Source: an uncultured Planctomycetota bacterium
Lineage (GTDB): Bacteria; Planctomycetota; Planctomycetia; Pirellulales; PALSA-1355
DNA: 64,000 nucleotides
Direction: 5' to 3'
Assembly: GCA_963711515.1 (NCBI GenBank)
Contig: CAVQEL010000006.1
Span: 14,072 to 78,071, forward strand
Shown here: piece by piece, positions 31,038 to 41,597 of the stretch
Layout: each line of letters opens with the position of its first letter
How positions within the stretch are numbered: the first letter of the stretch is position 1
Made by a program: the position numbers and the translations under genes
Notes under the pieces: model-generated
Databases searched by the model: none
Seen by the model: the letters and a program-made list of their open reading frames with translations, nothing else
What the model was told of the DNA's origin: nothing

Positions 31038-31424
31038 TTGCGAAATAGGGATAGCCAGAGGTCGTTCGGTTCGACCGTTGGACTTTTTGGCGACTGGAGG
31101 GCTGCCGTGTTTCGCTCGTGCGAGGACCGCTGGCGGGTGTGGGGTCATGGGTCGTGGCGCTTGGTGCTGTTTGTGGCCGTGGCGGCTTTGATCCTGGGGC
31201 TGGAGCAATGGCTCGAGACCCAGTGGCTGCCGAGCGCCGCGGCGGCACTAGGCACCGGGCAGTTGCAGGCCAACGACGCGGTGGCCGAGTCGCTACGGAC
31301 GTTCGAGTGGGCGCGACAGGCGCTGCCGATCGTCGCCTGGGCACTGGTTGCTCTGGCCGGTTGTGTCGTGTTCGTGCCGCTGCCGCGGCGTTGGCTGCGG
31401 TGGCTGCGCCGCGCGTTGGCATGA
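31038..31424 (+). CDS. Small hypothetical membrane protein (2 TM).
   Basis: ORF with hydrophobic segments 'WRLVLFVAVAALILGL' and 'IVAWALVALAGCVVFV'. Confidence 0.3.
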   Translation: MRNRDSQRSFGSTVGLFGDWRAAVFRSCEDRWRVWGHGSWRLVLFVAVAALILGLEQWLETQWLPSAAAALGTGQLQANDAVAESLRTFEWARQALPIVAWALVALAGCVVFVPLPRRWLRWLRRALA

Positions 31425-31484
31425 ATGGGCGCCGCGCCGCGTGTCGCTTCGAATCATGTTCAAACAGATGAAAGGAAATGTACG

Positions 31485-32516
31485 GTGAATACCACACGAG
31501 CTACGGCTCTGCTGTTGGCTTTGCTTCCCTTGACCATGCTGGGGTGTCGGCCCTACGACGTTCCGGCGTTTGTCGAGATTGACACGTCCGAGACCGGATT
31601 TCTGATCCCGCTGGAAGGCGATACGGACAACCAGATGGCTTTTGAATCCGAACGTTACCTGCAAGACCGCAAGGTGGCGACCAAGCGCGTGCAGATCCCT
31701 CACCGTTGGGTGCAGACGGGCCGCATGTATTGGTCGGGCCAGTGGATGGACATGGTGCGGCTGGTGAAAGTCGACCGCTCGCCGGTCACGCGGCAGTGGA
31801 CGGCCGACACGGCCAGCGGCACGTCGTCGAACAACGAAGCCATCTGGATCGAAAGCAACGACTCGGTCGGCTTTTCGGTCGGCTTCGATTGCACGGCCCA
31901 CATCGCGGAAGAGGATACGGCCCGCTTTCTGTACATGTATCGCAGCAAGTCGCTGGCCGAGATGATGGACACCGAAGCCCGGGCCCGGGTCCAATCCGTC
32001 GCGGCGGAAGTCGCGGCGCGATACGATCTGGACGAGCTGCGGTCGCGCAAGCAGGAGATCATCGACGCGGTGCGGCAGGACGTGATCCCGTTTTTCGCGG
32101 ACCGGGGGATTACGATCACCACGATGGGCATGTTTGGCGGCTTCACGTACCAGAATCCCAAGATTCAGGAAGCCATCGACGAAACGTTCGTCGCCCAGCA
32201 GTTGAAGGTCATCAGCAACGCCAAGTTCCAGGCGCAGGAGAAGGAAAACGAACGCGTCGAGCTCGAAGCGCAAGCCACGGCCAACAAGGCCCGGACGATC
32301 GCCGAGGGGGAAGCCGACGCGCTCCGCGAGATGGCCGCAGCCACCCGTGAGGTGCAATCCGACCCGCTGTTTCTGCAGCTCAAGATGCTGGAGGTCCAGC
32401 AGGACCGGATCGAAAAGTGGGACGGCAAGTATCCTACGTACCTGATGCAGTTGGGCGGAGCGGATGAGGGTCCGCAGATGATGGTGCAACTACCGGAAGT
32501 TGCGCCGCAGAAGTAA
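31485..32516 (+). CDS. SPFH/band-7 (prohibitin/flotillin-like) domain lipoprotein. Start codon is GTG.
   Basis: It has a lipoprotein signal 'VNTTRATALLLALLPLTMLGC', an RBS 'aagga' upstream, and a C-terminal coiled-coil 'QAQEKENERVELEAQATANKARTIAEGEADAL'. Confidence 0.65.
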   Translation: MNTTRATALLLALLPLTMLGCRPYDVPAFVEIDTSETGFLIPLEGDTDNQMAFESERYLQDRKVATKRVQIPHRWVQTGRMYWSGQWMDMVRLVKVDRSPVTRQWTADTASGTSSNNEAIWIESNDSVGFSVGFDCTAHIAEEDTARFLYMYRSKSLAEMMDTEARARVQSVAAEVAARYDLDELRSRKQEIIDAVRQDVIPFFADRGITITTMGMFGGFTYQNPKIQEAIDETFVAQQLKVISNAKFQAQEKENERVELEAQATANKARTIAEGEADALREMAAATREVQSDPLFLQLKMLEVQQDRIEKWDGKYPTYLMQLGGADEGPQMMVQLPEVAPQK

Positions 32517-32547
32517 CCAGGCTGTACGCACCAGGAGTTCTCAATCG

Positions 32548-33267
32548 ATGACCGCAGAGACCTACATGACATTGACTTGGGTTTTGGGAATCGGCATGTG
32601 CGTCGCGCTAGTGATGGCTGCCTTTTCATTCGGTGCGATGCTGGTGCGATGGAAAACGCTCAGGCGCCGCCGTCACGCGATTGGCCTGTTGGTCTCGCTG
32701 GCGGCGGTGCCTCTTCTCGTAGGGCTGCAGCAACTGCTGCTGTGGCAAATCTATCTGCCGGCTTGGGGGCGTCAGCAGATGGCCGAGATCAAAAAGTTGG
32801 CGCGGAGCAACTGGCCGAGTCGTCGCTGGTCCACGTCGGCGATGCGTGTCCCCAATTCACGGTGACCGACGCCGACGGCAACGAGTTTTCCACGGCGCAG
32901 GCCAACGGCAAAGTCGTGCTGATTAATTTCTTCGCCACCTGGTGCGGCCCCTGCCAGATGGAGCTTCCCCACGTCGAAGCGGTCTGGAAGGAGCACCGCG
33001 ATAACGACCGCTTCGCGCTGTTGGTCATCGGACGCGAAGAAACGACGGACTCGGTGCGTACCTTTCGCGAAGAACAGGGGTTCTCATTTCCCATCGCCCC
33101 CGATCCCCGAGCGCGAGATTTACTCGTTATTCGCGAGTGACTACATCCCCCGTACCCTCATCGTGTCCCCGGACGGCACGATCATCTATTCCCAAATGGG
33201 CTTTCAAGAGTCGGACTTGGAAGACGTGGAGAAAGTGATTTCCGAAGCAATACGGCAACTGCATTGA
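32548..33267 (+). CDS. TlpA-like thiol-disulfide oxidoreductase (thioredoxin fold) with N-terminal TM anchor. Two apparent frameshifts (about 32830 and about 33130).
   Basis: It carries 'VVLINFFATWCGPCQMELPHVE' (CxxC). A C-terminal 'LIVSPDGTIIYSQMGFQESDLEDV' segment is in a third frame. Confidence 0.7.
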
Positions 33268-33310
33268 TCGCCGGACGTCCCCAATTAGCTTGCGGGTATC
33301 AGTGGGCGAG

Positions 33311-34684
33311 TTACTCGTCGCTGATATTTGACGGTTCGCCTTCGGCTACCAACCGTGACCACTGGGCTTCGGAGACGACTTCGGATTGCAGGTCGCCGTA
33401 GAACACCCGGTAGCGGTTATCGGAGGCCATCCACCACAACAATACCCGCTCTCGTCGGCGGGGCTGACTTGCCGGCCACGATAGCCAGAGAGGAATCGGA
33501 TTCGCAGGATGCGCTCGATCCATTGCAATCCGGGCATGGCTTGCTCGATTTGCTGGTAGGTCTTGTCGTCGCGCCAAGCGGGCTTCGGCGGGCCCTCGAA
33601 ACCGGCCAGCTTTTTCATTTCGTCGAGCACTTGTTGGGCTTGGAAGTTGTCCGTCGGGGGATAGTGCCCGCCGCTGAGCCGGGCGTACAGCCGTAGCGCC
33701 GCGGCGATTTGGGCCAGGTCGCGCTCGTCAGTGGGGGGCGTGATGTCGGCAAAACCCTCCGGCGGAATCGCGTTGAACAGGCCGGGGGCCAGTTTAATGT
33801 TCCAGCGGAAGTCGGTCGCCCGATCGGCATACTTTTCCCCGGGGCCGTCGCCCTGGTAGCTGAACTCGATCGGCAGATCGGTGCGGGCATCGACCCAGAG
33901 CTCCACCGGATCGCGGCACGCTGTTCTTGACGCGCGAGTTCTTCAGCATCAAGACATAGCCGTGCGCGGTCACGTCACCGATTCGTTTGGTCCCCAGGTC
34001 GCGCTGCACGTCGTACGAACCGTCGCGGATCAGGCGGAGCACGTCCCAGGGATAGATTTTCGAGCCGGTCGGTTCGAAGGCGATTCGCTGATAGGTCATG
34101 CGGACGTAATCGATTAACAGGCCCCGTTTGCCAGCCGGCAGGATCTCGGCGAAGTGCTCGATCTTCTCTTCCGTCCGGCGGCCCGTGCCCACGTCTTCGT
34201 CCGTTTTCATGATCGTCATTTCGTTGCGAAACGCGTCGGGAGCGTGCCAATACGTCTCGCTGTCGCCGCGCGTCGTCAACTTGCGTTTTCCGTCGTCTTC
34301 CAGCCAGGTACTCTGCCAATGCAATCGATAGCTGTACGAAGTAACCGCATGCAGCTCTCGGGCAGTCCGTTCCATGGCCGAAAGCTGCCGGGGCGAATTG
34401 AAGGCGATCAACGCCGCCACGATCATCAACAGTGCCGCGGTGGCCAGGCCACCCGTCGCCAGGCGATGCCTCGCGACAAATTGCGATACTCCGTGCCGCA
34501 GCGAACCGGTCGCGTCAGCAGAGCTCGCTGGACACGCGGCATCCGCATCGAAACCAGCGACGCGTTCCAATAGAACACGCCGGGTGCTGGCCACGGGCGT
34601 TTCGATATCGACCAGTTCGCCTCCGGCCGCCTCGCACAGCCAGGCCTCGAGTCGCGGATCATCGGCTTGATCATATCGAGTCAT
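33311..34684 (-). CDS. Hypothetical membrane protein, candidate anti-sigma factor for the adjacent ECF sigma. Multiple apparent frameshifts.
   Basis: It overlaps the 3' end of the ECF sigma gene. It has a TM segment 'LATAALLMIVAALIAF'. Coding segments are spread over three ORFs. Confidence 0.4.
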
Positions 34685-35294
34685 GGCTGGACGTCCTTTC
34701 GGTTGGATTCGCTCTTCGGCTTGGGCTCATTGTCAAAGTACCAGCGCAGCAATGAGCGCAATCGCTCCCGGCGCGCGACAACAGCGATTCGACGGCCTTC
34801 GGCGACCGCCCAAGCTGGCGCGCCAGCTCGTTGACGCTTTGGCCACCGACGTATTTCCCCAACAAGACACCGCGGGCGTCGGATCCCAGCTCGGCCAAGG
34901 CGGCGCGGACCGCATCGCCCCGTTCGATCGAGCTAAGGACATCGATGGGAAGGAGGGGGCCGTCGCCGGCCGTAATCGCCTCGAGCAGTTCGCCGCCGGT
35001 GGCCTCCAGCCGGGTTTGACCACGTCGCCGGAAATGCAAGGCGACGTGCCGGCGCGCGATGCCGAAAATCCAGCCGCGGAGCTCTCCGCGCGTTGCGTCG
35101 AAAGTATCAATGCCGGCCAGCAGCGCCAGCCAGGTTTCCTGGTGAAGCTCCTCGGCGGTCGTTTTGTCGCCGTGCAACAAATGAGCGACAAACGCGAAAA
35201 CGTCGTTCGCATGCTGATCGTACACGCGGGACCAGGCCGCCGGATCGCGGTTTTGCAGCGCCTCCAGCAAGCATCGGTCGGTGTCGAGAGCCAT
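34671..35294 (-). CDS. ECF-subfamily RNA polymerase sigma-70 factor.
   Basis: Region 2 is 'HQETWLALLAGIDTFDATRGELRGWIFGIARRHV' and region 4 is 'LLGKYVGGQSVNELARQLGRSPKAVESLLSRA'. Confidence 0.8.
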   Translation of the reverse strand: MALDTDRCLLEALQNRDPAAWSRVYDQHANDVFAFVAHLLHGDKTTAEELHQETWLALLAGIDTFDATRGELRGWIFGIARRHVALHFRRRGQTRLEATGGELLEAITAGDGPLLPIDVLSSIERGDAVRAALAELGSDARGVLLGKYVGGQSVNELARQLGRSPKAVESLLSRAGSDCAHCCAGTLTMSPSRRANPTERTSSHDSI

Positions 35295-35475
35295 CGCGTG
35301 ATCGCGTAGGAGGAATCGTTTGCCCGTTATCTACTTTGCGCACGAGGGTCAAATCCTTCGCCCTGCGGCGCTGGATTTTCCTCCGCCGGAGGCACTTGCC
35401 GGCACGGTGGAACGCCGTCGCGAATGTAAGATACCGGATACGCGTGTGTATAAAGAGCAGGGAGAGGGCAGGCTT

Positions 35476-36072
35476 ATGAACTCGATTCCAGACACACCCG
35501 TCAGCCTGCTCCTCCGCGTGCGCGATCCGGGTGATCGGGAGGCGTGGCACGAATTCGTCGAGATTTATCGCCCGGTCATCCTGCGGTTGGCCCGGCTAAA
35601 AGGCATGCAAGAGGCGGACGCGGAGGACGTCACCCAACGGGTGCTGACGTCGGTCGCGGGGGCAGTCGAAAAACGCCAGCACGATCCTCGCCGGGCCAGG
35701 TTCCGCACGTGGCTCGATCGCGTGGCGCACAACGCGATTCTCAACGCACTGGCCCGGTCCCGGCCGGACCGTGGCTCGGGCGATTCGGCCACGCTCGAGG
35801 CGCTTCAGCAGCAGGCGTCGCAGGCCGGACCCGATTCGGATCTGTTGCGATTGGAATATCGCCGCGAAGTATTTCGCTGGGCCGCGCGACAGGTTCGCAA
35901 GGAGTTTCATCCCGCGACGTGGGACGCCTTCTGGCGGACGGCCATCGAGGGTCGCCCGGTCGAGGTGGTCGCCAAAGAGCTCTCGAAAAACCGCGGCGCG
36001 ATTTACGCCGCCCGCAGCCGCGTGATGCGGCGCATCCAGGACAAGGTGGCCGAGTACGAGCAAGAAGCGTAG
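35476..36072 (+). CDS. ECF-subfamily RNA polymerase sigma factor (cognate of the downstream kinase).
   Basis: It carries 'DREAWHEFVEIYRPVILRLARLKGMQEADAEDVTQRVL' and 'ELSKNRGAIYAARSRVMRRIQ'. Confidence 0.8.
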   Translation: MNSIPDTPVSLLLRVRDPGDREAWHEFVEIYRPVILRLARLKGMQEADAEDVTQRVLTSVAGAVEKRQHDPRRARFRTWLDRVAHNAILNALARSRPDRGSGDSATLEALQQQASQAGPDSDLLRLEYRREVFRWAARQVRKEFHPATWDAFWRTAIEGRPVEVVAKELSKNRGAIYAARSRVMRRIQDKVAEYEQEA

Positions 36073-36128
36073 TCCGCCAGTTTCAGTATTCATGATCCGC
36101 CGTCCATAGGTTCTCAGGAGATGCGACC

Positions 36129-38479
36129 ATGAAAAGCAACCAGATGACGTGCGATCCCCAGTGGATCGAGCTGTTCCTGCGGCAGCAATTGAGCGAGGGG
36201 GAGCAGGCGGCCTTCGAGCTGCACTTGGACGATTGCCCCGATTGCCTCCGCCGATTGGAGGTGGCCGCCGCGGGTGATGACGCCTGGTCGGTGGTGCGGG
36301 AGTCGTTGCGCCGCGAGCCGCTCGACGCGGACTCCGCTCGCCAAGCACGTGAGGGGACGTCCGACGCGGCGGCCGGCGACGACGCGGCGTTCGACGACTG
36401 CGCGGTGTTGAAGCTCCTTTCGCCAACTGACGACGAACGGATGATCGGCCGTCTGGGGGCATATCAGGTCGTGGGGGTGATCGGAGCGGGGGGCATGGGC
36501 GTCGTGCTGAAAGGGTTCGACGCGGCGCTGAATCGCTACGTGGCGATCAAGGTTCTCGCGCCACATCTGGGCGGAAGCGGCGCGGCGCGGAAGCGCTTTG
36601 CGCGTGAAGCCCAAGCGGCGGCCGCGGTGGTGCACGACAACGTAATCGAAATCCACGGCGTGGCCGATGCCGACGGGGTCCCCTACCTGGTGATGCCCTA
36701 TGTGCGCGGACCGTCGTTGCAGCGGCGGCTCGACGACCAGGGGCCGCTCGGCCTCGTCGAGATTCTACGGATTGGCATGCAGGCCGCCGCCGGCCTCGCC
36801 GCCGCCCATGCCCAGGGTCTGGTGCACCGCGACGTGAAGCCCGCCAACATCCTGCTGGCCGACGGAGTGGAACGGGTGAAGTTGACCGACTTCGGCCTGG
36901 CCCGGGCCGCGGACGATGCCAGTTTGACGAAGACCGGCATCCTGGCCGGTACGCCACAATACATGTCGCCGGAGCAAGCCCGCGGCGAGTCGGTCGACCA
37001 GCGGAGCGATTTGTTCAGCCTGGGGAGCGTGCTGTACGCCATGTGCACGGCTCGCGTGCCGTTTCGGGCGGAGACCAGCTACGGCATCCTGTGGCGGATC
37101 ACCGACGAAGAGCCCCGGCCCGTGCGCGAGATCAATCCGGACATTCCCGCTTGGCTGTGCCAGATCGTCGCCCGGTTGATGGCGAAGGAGCCCGATGAGC
37201 GTTTCGAGTCCGCCCGCGAGGTCGCCGATTTGTTGGGCGAATGCCTGGCGCACGTTCAGCAGCCGACGGTCGTGCCGCTGCCGAAGGATCGGATTGCGCG
37301 CACCACCGGCGAGCACATGGCGCAGGGCATTCGCGGCTGGCTGACACTGCCGCGTCTTGCCGGCGCCCTGGTGGTGGCGATCGTCGTCGCCCCGCTCGTC
37401 GTGGCCTGGCTCGACCACGGAAACCGCTCCGGCAAAGTCAACGGTGCCAGCAAGCCGCCGGCAACGATCGACCCGGCGCTCGCGGCGACACTCACTGGCG
37501 ACGTCGACTCCGGCTATCGCAACTTTCTCTGGGAGACGCTGCGGACGCTGCAAAACCAGAAGAGCCGCGCTCTGACCCTCATTGCCGGAACGGACCAACA
37601 GATCATCGCGCTGAAACAAGCCCCGGACTCTCCTACCGCCGGCGACGCCGAGTCGCAAGCACGGAGCGAGCGCGAACATCAGCGCGCGAGCACAAGGTGG
37701 CGCAACTCACCGAGCGGCTCGGATCGTTTCGCGAGGAGCTCGCGCGCGTTGAGCCACAGATCGCGTTTGTGAAAACCAAACTGGCGGAGTTGCCCCCGGT
37801 CGCCGCAACCGAACCACCGCTCAGCGACGACCAGGCAGATCGGCCACCCGCCGACCGCGCGGTGCTGCAGATGGTGACGTCCGGATCGGGGCCCATCGGA
37901 AGCGATCCGGGGGAGTCGATCTACAACGACCGCTTGAAGCGTTTCAAGTTTCGATTGGAGAAGCTCGCCGTCACGAGCGCGGCGGAGATGGCCGAGACGT
38001 TCTGGATCTACTATCGTCACCGTGGTTACCCGCCGCTGGCGGGCGTCTGGGGCGATCCGCGCACCAACTCGCTGGTGATCGTCGGTCCGCCCCAAGCCGA
38101 CCAGCCGATCCGCGACACAATCGCCGAGATGGAAGGAGCGACGATCGGCATCGACTTGCCGGGCAGGGACTTGCTCACGGCCCAGTATTACGAGTATCAG
38201 GAGTGGCGGGCCGAGGGGCTGGAGAAGGTCGCCCGCGGCAAATTAGATCTGATCGACGCGGAGGCACGCGAGAAACCCGATCCGGACAACATCGCGAAGC
38301 TCAGTCGCAAGTTGGAGGCCCAAACCGCGGAACTGGCGACCATCGAGCGCAAACTGAAAGTCATTCGCGAAAGCATGGACCGCCTGCAAGGCGACGAGAG
38401 CGAAAAACTCGACGCTTCGAACGAACACTCCGAGGCGCCTGCTTCGCCGACGCGCTACGCACCCGGCACGAACAGGTAG
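36129..38479 (+). CDS. Ser/Thr protein kinase with N-terminal zinc-finger anti-sigma-like domain and long C-terminal coiled-coil region. Apparent frameshift near 37680.
   Basis: It has a zinc finger 'HLDDCPDCLRRLE' and a kinase core 'IGAGGMGVVLKG...VAIKVL...HRDVKPANILL...DFGLAR...GTPQYMSPE'. The second ORF 37241..38479 continues the coding sequence. Confidence 0.8.
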
Positions 38480-39420
38480 CGCGTCAGGTGGTAGAACACC
38501 GGGGCGGCGAAGCAGATCGAATCGATCCGGTCGAGCACGCCGCCGTGGCCCACCACCAGCGTGCCGTAGTCCTTGACGCCGCGGTCGCGCTTGATGGCCG
38601 ACATGGTCATGCCGCCGGCAAAACCCATCACGGCGATCACGGCCGACATGCCGGCCGCCTGCCAGGGCTCGAAGGGCGTGGCCCACCACAGGGCGGCCCC
38701 GATCAGCGAGGTGCTGGCTACACCTCCCAAAAAACCTTCCCAGGTACGGCTGGGGCTGATGGCCGGGGCGATCACGTTGCGGCCCAGCAGCTTGCCCCAG
38801 GCGAATTGCAACACGTCGTTCAACTGCACCACCAGCACGAAGAAGAACAACAGCCGCGCATCTTGCCCCTCGAATCCGGGAATGCGCAGGCTGAGGATCG
38901 CCGGCGCGTAGCTCAGGCAATAGACGCAAATCATCAGCCCGGCCTGGATCTTGGCCACGCGCTCGAGAAACCGCTTGTAGTCGCCGGCCATCGCCACCCG
39001 GGCAGGAATAAACAAAAACGCGTACACCGGAATCAGCACGCTGAACAGCAGCCCGTAGCGCTCGACGCCCAGGGCCACGATCAGGTATTGAAGCGGCGTG
39101 AAGAAGATGAACACCCAGAACAGAGCGCGGTGATCGCCCAGCCGGGTGGGCGTGAGCGTAATGAACTCGCGCAGCGCCCAGAACGATATCAAAAAGAACA
39201 CCACCACCGTGGCCACGCGCGAAACCGGCCCCAGCAGAAACGCGGCCGCCAGCACCGTGCACATCAACCACCAGGCGCGAATCCGCAGATTGAACGCGTC
39301 GACCAGCGCCGGATTGATACCGATATCGGGCGAGTACTTCAGCCGCTGCCCGATGTTCGTGGCGATAAACAGGATCGCCAACACGCCGCCAACCAGGCTG
39401 AGGGTTCTCACGTCGAACAT
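38455..39420 (-). CDS. cdsA: Phosphatidate cytidylyltransferase.
   Basis: Multi-TM protein with the C-terminal CTP-transferase signature 'GHGGVLDRIDSICFAAPVFY'. Confidence 0.85.
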   Translation of the reverse strand: MFDVRTLSLVGGVLAILFIATNIGQRLKYSPDIGINPALVDAFNLRIRAWWLMCTVLAAAFLLGPVSRVATVVVFFLISFWALREFITLTPTRLGDHRALFWVFIFFTPLQYLIVALGVERYGLLFSVLIPVYAFLFIPARVAMAGDYKRFLERVAKIQAGLMICVYCLSYAPAILSLRIPGFEGQDARLLFFFVLVVQLNDVLQFAWGKLLGRNVIAPAISPSRTWEGFLGGVASTSLIGAALWWATPFEPWQAAGMSAVIAVMGFAGGMTMSAIKRDRGVKDYGTLVVGHGGVLDRIDSICFAAPVFYHLTRYLFVPGA

Positions 39421-39498
39421 GGAAGCAGGGTCTTCTTACTGGCTAGTTTGTCGAGCGACGAACGGCCGGCGACAAGCGCCGCCCGCGGTCTCGCGGGT

Positions 39499-40098
39499 TC
39501 AAAGGTCCTTCAATCGGAGCACGGACTCGCGTGCCCGGCCCAGAAACTCGGTTTTGGCCTCGCCGTTTTCCAGCCACATCGGCGGGCCGAACGTTACCAG
39601 GCTCAACAGCGGCACCGGCAGAAACTCGCCGCGTGGCAGCACGCGGTTCAGATTATCGATGTGAACCGGAATCAATTCCAGGTCAGGCCGCTTTTTTGCC
39701 AGGTAGTACAACCCGCTCTTGAACTCCTGGATGCGCGATTCGGTATTGCGGCGACCCTCGGGAAAGACAATCAGCGACTGCTCTTGGCCGATCTCGCGGA
39801 GCATCAAATCGACCGGGCTCTGGTGCACTTTGATGTCGGTGCGATCGATCAGCAAGGCATTGAACGTGCGGGCCATGTACCGCCGCACGGCCCCTTTTTC
39901 CCAGTAATCCTTGGCCGCCACCGGCCGCGTCACGGCGCGCACGGCCTGCGGCAGCGACGCCCACAGCACGATCGCGTCGAGATGGCTCGTATGGTTGGCG
40001 AAATAGACCCGCTGGCAGGTGTCGGGCTGAGAGTCGATCCAGCGCACGCTGGCACCGCTGAGAATGCGGGCAATCACGGCCAACAGCGTGGAAGTCAT
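39499..40098 (-). CDS. plsC: 1-acyl-sn-glycerol-3-phosphate acyltransferase.
   Basis: It carries 'ANHTSHLDAIVL' (HxxxxD) and 'IVFPEGRR'. Confidence 0.8.
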   Translation of the reverse strand: MTSTLLAVIARILSGASVRWIDSQPDTCQRVYFANHTSHLDAIVLWASLPQAVRAVTRPVAAKDYWEKGAVRRYMARTFNALLIDRTDIKVHQSPVDLMLREIGQEQSLIVFPEGRRNTESRIQEFKSGLYYLAKKRPDLELIPVHIDNLNRVLPRGEFLPVPLLSLVTFGPPMWLENGEAKTEFLGRARESVLRLKDL

Positions 40099-40348
40099 CG
40101 GTGTTAGGACTCTCGGGAATCTCTGGGGGACCGGGCCAGCGAGTGACGGTTGTTCGAGCCGGTCGCCGATGCGAGAGGCGCGTCCCGGTCGCTCTTGCGC
40201 GGCGCACGCCTGCCAGTCGCATAATATCGTGCCGCGCTAGGAACGGGAATGTCCCGTCCCGGTCGCCTCCCGGGCGTTAGTAACCTGTAACGGACTTTGA
40301 GACACATCTGGTCGAGAAAAGAACCGCGAATCTTCGTTTGGGACCCTG

Positions 40349-41574
40349 TCAAGCCGGCAATCGCGAGCCCGGCCGTGGTGAAACGTCGGGGGCCGCGTGC
40401 GGCGCCGCGCCGCGGGGGCTCGCTTTGGATTCGTAGAGCTCGCTGAGCAGTCGCTCGTAGCCGCCGACCATGGCCTCCAGCGAGCCGCGCGCCGCAACGG
40501 CAGCGCGTCCCCCCTGCCCCATTCGCTCCGCCAGCGCGCGATCGGAAAGCAACTCGGCAACCCGGGCCACGACCTGGTCGACGCTTCCCGGATCGGTCAC
40601 AAAGCCGGTCACGCCGTCGGCGACGGTTTCGGAAATCGAGCCGACGCGCGGCGCCACGACCGGCTTGCCGCTGGCCATGGCTTCAAGAATCGACACGGGG
40701 TTGGCCTCCATCCGCGACGTCAGCACGAACGCGTCCAGGGCGGCCAGCAACTCCGGCACGTCGGCGCGATTGCCCAGGAAATGGACCGCGGCGGATAGCT
40801 GCAACTCACCAGCCAGCTTCTCCAGGCGATCGCGCTGGGGACCATCGCCAACAATGAGAAATTCGGCCGCGGGAATCTGCCGCCGAATGCCCGCCGCGGC
40901 GCGGAGGAACAACTCGTGATTTTTTTCGGGCGCAGCGCCGCGACGATGCCCACCAACGGTGCCCGCGCATCGATGCCCAGGTTACGTCGCGCGGCTTCGC
41001 CGTGGCCGTCACACTGGAAAGCGCCGACGTCGATGCCGTTGGGGATGACGCGCACTTTATTCGCCGGAAAACCCTCGACCTCGACCAGGTGGCGGCCGTG
41101 CGCGGCGGCCACGGCAATGAAGGCATCGGTCCAGCGCGTCAGTAACCGCAGTCGATTGGCGCGGGTCACCGCGTCGGGCCAGCCGGTGGAATGCAACGCG
41201 CAGCACACGACCGGCACGCCGGCCAGCCGGGCCGCGATCCGTCCCCAAAACATCTTGTCGCCGGCCCCGACCGTCACCACCGCGTCGCAGCGCTGACGGC
41301 GCAAGAAGTGCGCCAGGCGAAAGGCTACGCCAAGATCGTACTTGCCGTGGATCAGGCCGTGAAACGTGGGAATCTCGTCGGCCAGCGTCTCGCCCAGCGG
41401 ACCCGGCGCTTTCAAGCAGCACAGCGACGGCGCAAAGCGGTCTCGATCCAAGCGGCGAACCAGATTGACCAGCAACGTTTCGGCGCCACCGACGGGCATT
41501 GAAGTGGTGATGAACATCACGCGCAAGGGGCCCCGGTCGGCCAGCGGCATCAACGTTCGGCGACGACACAGCAT
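40349..41574 (-). CDS. Glycosyltransferase family 1 (GT4-type). Apparent frameshift near 40910.
   Basis: The N-terminal Rossmann domain carries 'RVMFITTSMPVGGAETLLVNL'. The C-terminal part 'EANPVSILEAMASGKPVVAPRVGSISETV' is in another frame. Confidence 0.75.
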
Positions 41575-41597
41575 GACACTTCTCGCACAAAGTCGGG

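Noticed and set aside
31038-31424. NfeD-like partner for the SPFH lipoprotein
   Set aside because: The upstream small membrane protein has two TM helices but no OB-fold-like C-terminal domain, so the sequence gives no support for an NfeD assignment.
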